Part shown: piece by piece, positions 53,749-64,000 of the stretch | How positions within the stretch are numbered: the stretch's first letter is position 1 | Layout of the letters: every line of letters begins with the position of its first letter | NCBI RefSeq assembly: GCF_001194135.2 | Contig: NC_069006.1 | Span: 19,997,854-20,061,853 of the forward strand | Reading direction: 5' to 3' | From: Octopus bimaculoides | Lineage: Eukaryota | DNA length: 64,000 nt | The notes under the pieces: generated by a model | Database searches by the model: none | The model's input: only the letters and a program-made list of their open reading frames with translations | Told to the model about the DNA's origin: nothing | Program-made: the position numbers and the translations under genes

Positions 53749-53880
53749 AATATGCTTTAGTACTGACAAAAATTATTATCAACAATAATCGTAACAGAAA
53801 TAATATGCTTAGTACTTACAAATTGTTATCAATAATAATCGCTATAGAAACAATGTGCTTAGTACTTACAAATTATTATC
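53749..53880. repeat. ~50-bp tandem minisatellite (about 2.6 copies)
   Basis: AAT(A/G)TGCTT(T)AGTAC at 53749, 53802 and 53852. Confidence 0.85.
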
Positions 53881-55224
53881 CATCTATTACTCTTGTGATT
53901 TTTAATCCGACTCTCGTTATAGTTTATAATTGAACTAGGAATTGGCTTTCACTGGAATGTCTCTAAGAAGCGTTTCAATCATCAAACATTCTTTCCTATC
54001 ATCTGTAGTTGTTAATTATAGTTAAAATGTGGACAATTGTTTAATATTTCATGCATTAATTTGAATGGAGCTAGAAATATTCTTTATAATAATCACAGCT
54101 CAGATCATTTTCATAACATCTTATAATAAAACGTTGATCTGTATTCTGTTATTGAACTGACTTTGGTTCATGATATAATACAGAGAACATATAACAGAAT
54201 CTTTTTCATATTATTAAACATCTCTCTCCTTATTTAGTTGCAAAACTGCTAAATTTCAGGGTTGTTTTAGTTAAGACAAACTTGATATCAGTAACACACT
54301 TTTAGCATACTTTATGACCAAAACTTATTAATTTTGCAAAGTCACAACACCATTGCTCCAGTTCAGAAAGAAATCTAGCTCAGAGCTTTTCTCTTTAATT
54401 GGAGATGTTTTATCTTTGTGGAACATTAATATTTCTGTCTTACAGTCTGCATTTGCTGATGTTTATGGCAATGTGTTGCTCCTATTGATCTGATCATATA
54501 AACTGATTTTAGTAATCTCTAGTGTATTATACATACCGTATAGAATATATTATTCATATGAATTTAATATATAATAAATAGAATTGATCAGTAAAGATTT
54601 TAATTACTGATTTAAACGTTTCTTTAATAATCACATATAAATCTTTTCAGCTCTGTTTTTGCTTTTTATTTTTATATGTTAAAAGCAAGAATTATTTGCT
54701 GAACTTACAAGAAGTTGTAGATTCATTAATGTGTAGAATAAAACAGAATTAGTCCGTTTGGTAACTTTCTTCTCCATTTTCTTACTTCGTTCCAAAATAA
54801 AGCATTAACTTTACAACTTCATTCTCAATAACTTGTAATTTACAGTCCATTTAAAAATAGTTGGTTTTTTTTTCTATCATTAGTTCTTTTATCTCATCAT
54901 TACCATCATCATCATCATCAGAAAATATTTTGAAAATTCACTTTTCAAAATATTTATGTACTTAAATGTTGCATGCAAGCTAGTTGACTAATAGCATGTC
55001 TTGCTTTGAATTTTTAGAAAATCACTTATACAAGTCCTATCTCCGTTAGTTCCCCTAGGTACCTCCACAACCAACAGCACCACATATTGAGAACACGCTG
55101 CCGCAACACTTGAGGAATTATACACAGTCCTCTCCATCCATCTCTCTACTGTGCAGGCTTAATTCATCTTAAACAGCTGCTGTTTATATGGCTTAGATTA
55201 ATTTTAAACTCGCTCCTAATCATA

Positions 55225-55537
55225 ATGATAGCTGAAAAGGTGCCATGTGTTGGTCTACGCACATTCCTATACGGCTTGCCAGACTTCCGACGAGAAAATA
55301 TGCTCCGTAAAGGCCGAGAGGTCCACAGAATCTATGTTGAAGTGCATAAAGGAACCACTTTCCTCGAAGATCAATTTACTCTGACAGAATTCGGAAGAAC
55401 AGTCTTAGAAAGCGGAGGCATAAAGGCTGGCCGTGCAAAGAATGTGGAGCAGATAGTCGTCGCTCGAGAAACTCTGTATTGCAGTGGCTCTGCAACATGT
55501 CGACGAGTGTGTGGAGGATATTCAGAATGTACTCCAG
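55225..55537 (+). CDS. Coding exon A of an uncharacterised Cys/His-rich, probably nuclear protein (MIAEKVPCVG...LYCSGSATCRRVCGGYSECTP)
   Basis: Non-repetitive, GC/CpG-richer ORF in an AT-rich background. Ends at CCAG|GTAAGA (phase 1). The frame is open upstream to 55114 with candidate acceptors ending at 55156, 55176, 55231 and 55239, so the 5' boundary is uncertain. Confidence 0.75.
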
Positions 55538-55744
55538 GTAAGAATTTTTTTTCTATATTCTTTCAAAATCCTTTAAATAAAATCTTAAATTGAAACAATA
55601 TTACTATTTGTACAAATGTTGAACTTCAAGTTTTGCTGGTTGTTTACATGATGGGGTTTTAGCTCTTTTATACACCTGTTTTATATTTTGGTTGCTATGT
55701 TACCAAGTTGACATTTTCTCTGGAAAATTTTTTCGGAAGTTTAG

Positions 55745-56145
55745 GTATGGGTGTGTGGTAAGAAGCTTGCTTCCAAACTGCATGGTTCCAGGTTCAGACT
55801 CACTGCAAGGCACCTTGGGCAAGTGTGTCTTCTACTATAGACTCAAGCTGACAAAAGCCTTATGAGTGGATTTAGTAGGTAGAAACTGAAAGACTCTTTT
55901 GCCAGACTGCTGTTACAGGGACGTAAAACACACCAACATTAGTTGTCAAGCAGTGGTTGGAGGATAAACACAGACACAAACACCCCCTCACACATACACA
56001 TGGCGGGCTTCTTTCAGTAACCATCTACCAAATTCACTCACAAGGCTTTAGTAGCAGACACTTGCTCAAAGTGCTGAGCAGTGGGATTGAACCCAGAACC
56101 ATGTGGTTGGCAAGCAAACTTCTTACCACACGACCACTTCTATGC
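55745..56145. mobile_element. Tail-to-tail inverted pair of SINE C copies (55745-55892 +, 55893-56145 -)
   Basis: GTGTGGTAAGAAGCTTGCTT at the left end and AAGCAAACTTCTTACCACAC at the right end. Confidence 0.85.
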
Positions 56146-56289
56146 CTTGTAGATTATTTACAAAAACAGGTTTAAATTTAGCATTGCTTTACTCATTCAC
56201 TACCAAATTTCTGTTGAAATACACTGCCTCTGATCCAATTAATTTTGAAAAATAACAAAGAATTCAGTAAAATATCTTTAAGCCGGTGA

Positions 56290-56480
56290 ATGCTGTGAGC
56301 TGGTAGAATCAGTAGCACATGGGAAAAAATGCTTAACAGCATTTTGTCCATCTTAATGTTCTGAGTTCAAATTCCTCTCAGGGTTGATGAAATAAGTACC
56401 AGTTGAGCACTGGGGTCAGTGTCATTGACCAGCCCCTCCTTCCTCAAAATATCAGGCCTTGTGCCTATAGCCGAAAGCGG
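56290..56480 (+). mobile_element. SINE family A, internally deleted and CpG-decayed
   Basis: GTGAGCTGGTAGAATC...TTCTGAGTTCAAATTCC...AAGTACCAGTTGAGCACTGGGG. Confidence 0.75.
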
Positions 56481-56758
56481 TTATTAAGGTGATGCATGAA
56501 CCCTAAATTGACTTGGAATTTTGATGGAAGGTTTTAATTTAAGTCCTTTTAAAACTGAAAGTTTCTATCATAGAACTAGAAACGGTCTCTGACAGATTGG
56601 TATCAAAAAGGTTAAGCATGCTAGACATCTCATACAGTTTACATATGTGCTTACATACATACATATATGTTTGTATGTATCTAATGCATGTATATATATA
56701 TATATATATGTACTATGTGTGTGTGCATATATATGTGTGTATATATATATATGTATGT

Positions 56759-56799
<41 letters not shown>

Positions 56800-58019
56800 T
56801 TGTTGTAGGATATCTTACTGGCAATCAAGTATATAGATAACACGAGGTTGGAGTTAAACCTAAGCTTAATTTATAATGTCTCTTTTGTTTAGTCGTTTGA
56901 TATTCCACAGTTGTTGTCTAGAAATCCTGTCTGAGGTTATCTCTAATCTCTACCACACACAACAACTTTTGTGCAATTTTGTCATATTTACGGCTTCATG
57001 ACCAAAGAAGTGGATGAGGAGTCTCTAAGAATTTTGAAAAATCATATAAAGAAAGAAAGAAAAAAAAAAATAAATAATTATCAGTTTCTTTTACTCCCAG
57101 TGGCAAGAGTATTTGTAGATTGCTGAACATAAAAAGAAGGCTAAGTACTTTGGATACTATCTCCTCTCAGAACAATTCCTCTCATTTCTTCAGTTTTCTC
57201 CCTCTAAGTTTTCTATTACCTTTATCTCTATTCTCAATATTTCTTATTGGCTACCCAGTCTTTCTGCTCTTTCTTTTGAATCCCACCATTACATATTTTA
57301 ATCTTGAAGTTAATACTCAATACCTTTTAATTGTCAGCTCACCTGAATTCAGTTAATGTTTCTGATTCATCCCCCATTACACAACATCTTGTTTCATATC
57401 TCTTTTGAAAGTTGTCACTGATATTTGACCATCGGCTGGTTCCAGAAAAAGAACTATTCATTAAAAAACTATTACACTGTGTAACAACGATTTTTGTCCT
57501 TGGGTAGCAACTGTTATTTCCTATGTGCTGACCCTAGAAAGTATGAAAAATGGTTAATATTTCCTTCAAACTTTGCTTTTGTTATGATATTTATTCAAAG
57601 CCCAAAGAATCCCTCTCAACACATGGCTATGATGCTCCCCCACTATTCATGCTCGTCATCAGAGATGCACATATTGTCAGCCACTGAGGGACATGGTGAA
57701 GTGGTTAAAGTCAACATATGACAAGTAAATTTATGGTATTGAGCAAAACATTTTCTATAGTAGTATTTCAACTTCATCAACTCATCTCTGAATCTGTCTG
57801 AAATGTAATGGAAAATCAGTCAGTTTCAAAACATTGATGTCTAGGTCAGAAAAGCAAAGTTTGAAGGGAATAGCAGTCATTTCCTTTGATTTCTAGATAG
57901 AAGCAAATAGGAAATAATACTTACTGATCAAAGACAAATATATATATATAAATTTTCTTACACAGTGTTATAATTAATATCTGTAAACAAATTAGCCATC
58001 TGCCTACATATCTGTTATG

Positions 58020-58250
58020 TATCTGATTGGGTGACTTGCCAGACCAATGCAGCTCTTCCATAAGTCTTCATATTCTCTACTTGATATCCAATGTCTTCTC
58101 CAAATTGATTGATAAATGTTCCTTTTGGTCTGCCAATACCTGTATGTCCATGCATGGGTTTCCAGAGAAGGAGATTGCTGGATATTTCATCCTTGCTTCT
58201 CCAGTAGTATTCTGTATGTGTTCTTCTTTCTCAGATTACCAAGGTGATAG
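58020..58250 (-). mobile_element. RTE-clade LINE C-terminal fragment
   Basis: Minus-strand SKDEISSNLLLWKPMHGHTGIGRPKGTFINQFGEDIG, matching the LLWxPxHG..GRP tail motif. Confidence 0.55.
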
Positions 58251-59449
58251 TAGGAAGACTGCCATATGGTTGCTGTTTTGTAGGCTGTGGCAGACGAGAA
58301 AGATTGAAAACTGACTAAAACCCAAACCAGACATTCATGTCTACATATCCCTCTTCAGCCATGATACATTCAGGGATTCTCGTGACTCCCTGTCACCATC
58401 TATTATGCATTTGAATTATGAACCTCAGTCATAGTGAATTGAGCTGATTAAACAACCATGGATGCTACACCTATGGATGTGTTACTGTTACTCTCATTAA
58501 AAAATGGTGTCTCTGTTTCTATTATTGCCTTTGTATTTGATCCTTGTGTGAATGGTAAAGAAAGAAAAAAAGAGAAAAAAAAACACTCACCCTGGCAGTC
58601 AAACATTTTATGTTCAGAGATATCGGTATGAATAGTTGAACATTCATGAACTCTGCTGAACAATTTGTCCATCAGTTATGGCTAACATGTGACTCGCTAG
58701 ATGTGTGTCACTGAAACTGTTTATAAAGTCTGCTGACTGTCAGAAGTAATAATGACATGGAGACATAATATTTTATTGTGACGAGAATCTTTATTATACA
58801 GTTATTATTATCTCGAGGTTTAAATGGCTGGGTAGTACCTCCTACGGCACCTGGGTATATTTTAACATCTATTTCTACTCTCTGTCAATTTAGCATTCCA
58901 CCCCTACCCCCCACACTCTTTGTTTCTTTTGTAATTGTCTCTCCCTTTAATTAAGAACTCTTTATTCCTTTTTGTTTTCTTAATATTAATAATGTTTGTG
59001 ACCTTTTAAAGTATAGATGTGTTTTCTTCTTTCAGCTGTTAGCTCCCATGTCAGCCAAATCTGTTTCTTTTTTACCTGCAGGCGAAAACTGCTGGAGTTT
59101 GATAGCAGTCATTAATTTTCTTTGCTAGGTTTTCTTTAAAGAACAGATAACATATATTTAGCTTTCTGTATATACATTCGTAGGTACTTGTGGTGGGGGC
59201 CTAAATGCCTGTTGTAACAGCAATATTTTTTTTATGATGTGGCATAAATTGAATTGTTCTACAGACTATTCAGGTCAGCTTCTCAACTACAAAACTGTGA
59301 ATCATGCAAGCAAGTAGAGTAATGAGTCTTGTCTAAGAGTACGGTGCAATGATTTGAATCTATATTCTAATCATTTTCAAGGGTCAGCATTAATTTCTGA
59401 TATAGCAATTCTGTTCTTGTTTAAAGTTGTTATCATCACCACCGATTAA

Positions 59450-59657
59450 CCCTTTAGCATTTAATCCGGATACATCCAGCCCAAATATTCTACCTGTTTT
59501 ATCTTGAAACTAACCAGATCCAATCTCTCACACCTACCTTACAATGTCATTCTGACAATATGCAGGCACACCTTTGAAATCTTGAAGCTGTGTGATTAAT
59601 TCAAAATAATGCGAATAAGTAAGGATTACACTTGGCCCTAATCAAAATTCTGAAGGG
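59450..59657. mobile_element. piggyBac-like MITE
   Basis: TTAA on both sides (59446-59449, 59658-59661) with CCCTT/AAGGG termini. Confidence 0.6.
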
Positions 59658-59724
59658 TTAAGGTGTGTTTTTCATGCTGGAATAGGTTGGACAGCTTGAC
59701 AGGATCTGATGAGCTGCAGATTGT

Positions 59725-59880
59725 GTCAAACTCCAGTGGTCTATTGCAGGATTACTCATTTTTGCCAGTGGACTGGAGCGACATGAAATAAAAGTATTGT
59801 GCTCAAGAACACAATGTGTCACCCAGTCCAGGAATTGAAACCACAATCTTACGATCATGACTAAGCTATGCACCTCCACT
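59725..59880 (-). mobile_element. SINE family B, partial
   Basis: TCATTTTTGCCAG...CTCAAGAACACAA...GGAATTGAAACCAC. Confidence 0.65.
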
Positions 59881-59959
59881 CTCACTGGATGCCTTTTTAT
59901 TTTTTCATGCCATCAGCATTTCTATTTTCTTGGTAGACATCTCCAAATTTTTGAATCGA

Positions 59960-60470
59960 GATAATACTAGATTAGCCTTGATCAGTAAAGTGTCCACACA
60001 TGCAGTTCAGGAACTACTTCATCCTTTTACTGTAGAAATTAGATATGTCCACTGAAAATTTCATTAATCCTTAGCTACAGAAAATAGTTTTATATACCAA
60101 TCTATCTTTTGTTGAGGAATGTCATGTCTGAAGCTATTTTTGCTGCGATACATCAAAAGTGACTTGCAGAAAAGAACAATTCTATTTGTTGACAGATATC
60201 TAACAGACTTCTCCTAAACTGTGAATCAAAATCACACTAGTTTGGCCTCAATCAGCAAAGTGTCCACTCATGCAGTTCAGAAACGACACAACTATTTTAC
60301 AGTGGAAATCAGATATATTCACTCACAATTTCATTACTCTTAACTGTAGAAAGCAGTTTTATATACCAATCCATCTTTTGTTGAGGAATTGTTATGTTTG
60401 AAATTTTTTTTGTTGAGATATGTCAAATTTATTGAGGCAACATGACTGGTGGAAAATAGCAATTTTATTT
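59960..60470. repeat. Diverged 270-bp tandem duplication
   Basis: AAAGTGTCCAC at 59987 and 60257; GTTTTATATACCAATC in both copies. Confidence 0.85.
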
Positions 60471-60478
60471 TTTTGATG

Positions 60479-60785
60479 GAGGCACAAGTGGCCTAGTGGT
60501 TAGGGTAGCGGACTCACTGTTGTAGAATCGCGGTTTCAATTTCCAGACCGGGCGTTGTGAGTGTTTATTGAGTGAAAAGACCTACAACTCCACAAGGCTC
60601 TGGCAGGCTCTGGTGGCAAACCCTGCTGTAGTCTTTCACCACAACTTTCTCACTTTCTTCCTCTTTCTGTTGTACCTGTATTTCAAAGGGCCGGCCTTGT
60701 CACACTCTGTGTCACGCTGAATCTCCCCGAGAACTACGTTAAGGGTACACATGTCTGTGGAGTGCTCAACCACTAGCATGTTAAT
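60479..60785 (+). mobile_element. SINE family B (tRNA-derived head)
   Basis: Box A TGGCCTAGTGG, box B-like GGTTTCAATTTCC, body CAAAGGGCCGGCCTTGTCACACTCTGTGTCAC shared with 2785-2988 and 49270-49560. Confidence 0.8.
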
Positions 60786-62888
60786 GTTTATTTATTCAAT
60801 TGTTTTGAATTAATCATACCCTATCGATGATGTGTTTGTTTAGTTTTAGAATGACATTGCAGGGTAGGCGTAAGAGGCTGAGTCTAGCTAGTTTGAACAT
60901 AAAACAGCCAGAATATTTGAGCTGGATATGACGGGTTTAAGCACTAATGGTTTAAGGGATAAACTGTTGGTCAAACTTCTACAACTGCTAGACTGAAAGA
61001 AAATGGTGTGACTTTGATCTTTACCTTTGATTGGTTTATTGATGTGTAGTCATTTTACAGTTGTTTGTTGTTGAAGGACACTAATGAGAAGAAATTACTG
61101 ATCCTGTTGAATTTTAATCTTGTAAATTTGTATAGAACTGCTTTAGGTGTGTGAGTGATGCTCTCTCTCACACACACACACTCACACATCCCAGCGGAGG
61201 TTGAAATGTGTAGTTTCCATTTGTAATTTGTCCTCTTATATCAAACCCTCATTTCTAACAAGTAGTAACAATAACACACCTTGAAGCTGTTGCTTCTACT
61301 CACTGTTACTTCTTCTTCCTATTTCATTACTTTTACAACATATGTTGGACTATGGAGTTCAATCCTCTGCATTTTTTTACACTTTCACAACTTAGAATAA
61401 CAAAAATACACCAAACATTCATGTATTCGGGACTGTTTTTGTTTCTCTTTTGCTTTTAACCTTTAGGATTTTCCGCTTCCAACAGCTTCTGGCAGTTCCC
61501 TTTTCATCAATCCACCATCTCATTTTATCACCTCATCATTATAAAGTTCAGTGATGTCTAGCTTTTGTCTTCTGCATATAAAGTTTATTTTTTTATGCAT
61601 TTAGCAATTACCATTCCCTTTTTCTGTTTTCCTTCTTTCATTCTCAGAACTCCAACTCGTTAAGATCATGTTGTTTGCTTCCATCCATCAATTAAACTAG
61701 AATATTATGTTGAAAATCTCTAACATTTAACTTAATGCCATATTAGATGCTATGGTGTCCACCTTGCCTTGTTTATCTCTGTGTTAAGGTCTCTCTCTCT
61801 GTCAGCAGCTAATCAGATTAACTACAAAAGGGCCTTGTCTACTACAGCAGTTAATCTGATTAGTCCAAGACTGAAGTGGAAGACTACTGAAAATGGTGGG
61901 TTAAACTAAATTTATGTACTTAATCAGGTTAAACATTTTTCTTTTTTAAGGAAAAGCTAGTGCTGTTTTGTCAATAATTAAAGTGGAATGAGAGGCGACA
62001 GTAGCAGAGTTTTTCTGTTTTTGAAGGGTGATCAGAATGCCTGTGATCCATATTGATAAAATTGTTCCTGTCTAAATATGTGTGAATTAAATACAGTTGT
62101 TCTTCAAATAATAAATATGTTCTGCTATGATGAAGAGGAGCTGTGTTGGTCGAGGGCCCATAAGTATAAAATGTTCTAACAGGGAACTTGTAAATATGTC
62201 AGCAATCAAGAGTGGCAATTCAAGTAAGAATAGTTGACTTGGAAACGAAGCATGTGCAATGATATAACTATGAAGATTGAGTTCCTAAAACCAAGGTGCC
62301 ACATAAAAAGTGTTGGTGTGGGTGCTGGTGCCATTTTGAAAGGATTAGTGCTGGTGCCACTTAAAAAGCACTGCTGATAGTACTGCATAAAAAGCACCCA
62401 GTACACTCTGTGGAGTGGTTGCCATCAGGAAGGGCATCCAGCTGTCGAAGCCAAGCCAAAACAGACTATGGAACCTGGTGTGGCCCTTGGCCTTACCAGT
62501 TCCTGTCAAGCCATCCAACCTATGCTAGCATGGAAAACTGATGCTAGATGATGACGATGATGAATTAGTAACTGTAAGGAATAGATGAAGTTTAACTATA
62601 AGAACAAGTTTCTTATTCTTGCAATGATTTTTTAGTGTTCAAATTTTAACTGATATTATTATAATGGTTCTGGATTTCTGTTATTTAAAAAAAAATTGAA
62701 TAAAATAATACTTTAAAAATTTCCTAAACTTTTGATTTTATTCATTTAACTATATTCATCATCATCGTCGTCATCATTTTAACATCCGCCTTCCATGCTG
62801 GCATGGGTTGGATGGTTTGACAAGAGCTGTTCAATAACCAATAGAGGACCTGCAATTGACTAAATCTAACTTCTGTTATTCTCTTTTA

Positions 62889-63096
62889 CCCTTTAGCATA
62901 TAAACCAGCCACATCCTGCCAAAATATTCTACCTGTTTTACATTCTAACTGGCCAGATCTGGCCTTTCACACCTAGCCTACCATTTCATTCTAAAATTAG
63001 CAAAGACATTATCCAAATGTTGAAGCTTCAAGATAATGCATGATTAATTCATAATAACAATATTAATAATTTGACAATAATCTGAAGGCAAAAAGG
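62889..63096. mobile_element. Diverged copy of the piggyBac-like MITE
   Basis: CCCTTTAGCAT start, shared AAATATTCTACCTGTTTTA and TGATTAATTCA internal motifs, AAGG-TTAA end. Confidence 0.5.
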
Positions 63097-63324
63097 TTAA
63101 GCTTGAATCTTATTTATAATTTCTGTTTTTTTTTTTTTATATATATTTAGAAAGTATGTTATTAAAAAATATATTTGAAATAATTATTTTGTTCTTGTTT
63201 GTCATAATCATAAACTGCTGAAGAAATATAAACCTTTTCTATTGATATTACAATCTTATCTTGGTTGCTATTTAGATTTCTTATTTTTCTTTATTTTCTT
63301 TTTCTTTTTTTTTTTCTTTTGCAG

Positions 63325-63860
63325 ACTGCTCAAAGACGAAAGTGCGGGGTCACAAATGCAATTACAGAGTCAAGATGACTATGCGCTTGGGACATGTAAA
63401 CTCTTGGTTTGTAGAGGTAACCGGTGACCACAGTGGAGCCTTTTTCCGTTATGAGAACATGCTTCTGCAAAAACCTTCTGCCCGTTCTAGTCAAAAGAAA
63501 ATGCGAGCCAGCTTAACTAATCCATCATCATTCCCTCTTATTAGCCACCTCACACCGTCTCAGGAACAGAACTATTTTTTAATGAATGCTACAATTAAAT
63601 CAGAACCACCTGATACAACCGTGGAAGAATTACCCAGCCCTGTGTTCCAGTCAAACCCTCTAGAATTTCATAACTCTACCATTGACAAGAAACCTGGTTC
63701 ACAGGCTGACATGTCGTACACGTGTATGGCAGGCAATACTCAGGTGGTACCAGATGAGCCCAGTATGGCAGTTGCTCAATCAAATTATACTGCTGTCATG
63801 GAAGAGATGTGGAATGATGCCAATATTGACTCTAATGAAAATGATAATGATGACGAGAAG
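63325..63860 (+). CDS. Coding exon B of the same gene (DCSKTKVRGHKCNYRVK...WFVEVTGDH...IKSEP...DNDDEK)
   Basis: Long polypyrimidine tract plus TTTTGCAG| at 63324. G(55537)+AC gives Asp and keeps the frame, completing the Cys cluster begun in exon A. Open for 178 further codons to AAG|GTATTA (phase 0) at 63860. Confidence 0.8.
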
Positions 63861-64000
63861 GTATTAATACTCCACCTTTGCATGTGTACAGTGTGTACCG
63901 ACTATACTTTAGATACAGTTAGTCTTAGTGCCAGATCCTACTGTTTCAACCAGTCTTTACCAAGCTCTCTATCTCTACATATTAGTTAGTGTCTGTTCCT

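Noticed and set aside
60479-60560. tRNA gene
   Set aside because: Box A/B are present but there is no full cloverleaf, and it continues into a SINE body repeated elsewhere.
63861-63989. Continuation of the 63342 ORF (VLILHLCMC...)
   Set aside because: Begins at an AAG|GTATTA donor and changes composition; most likely intron read-through.

Overview
Animal genomic DNA from a draft assembly: about 7.4 kb of N gaps, mostly next to microsatellites. The repeat content suggests a coleoid cephalopod such as octopus (inference, not a database match): dense (CA)n/(TA)n/(TAGA)n/(TTA)n microsatellites, three tRNA-headed SINE-like families, RTE-clade LINE debris, hAT- and piggyBac-type MITEs, an R4/Dong-like tail and a Penelope-like tail. 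No prokaryotic features, CRISPR arrays, rRNA or true tRNA genes are supported. Almost all supplied ORFs are microsatellite or N-gap artefacts. The one well-supported gene is on the + strand. Two exons (55225-55537 and 63325-63860) join in frame across a 7.8-kb phase-1 GT-AG intron to give about 283 aa, continuing past the window. The protein has a Cys/His cluster whose spacing resembles the GCM/WRKY zinc-binding fold, followed by a low-complexity region with a SUMO-type IKSE motif. A likely first coding exon lies at 18648-18731 in CpG-rich DNA, with weaker candidate 5' exons and a TATA+Inr core promoter further out. The best leads are the putative GCM/WRKY-like domain, a minimal hammerhead-ribozyme-like motif, intronic hairpins that could be ADAR substrates, and a CpG-decay gradient across copies of one SINE.
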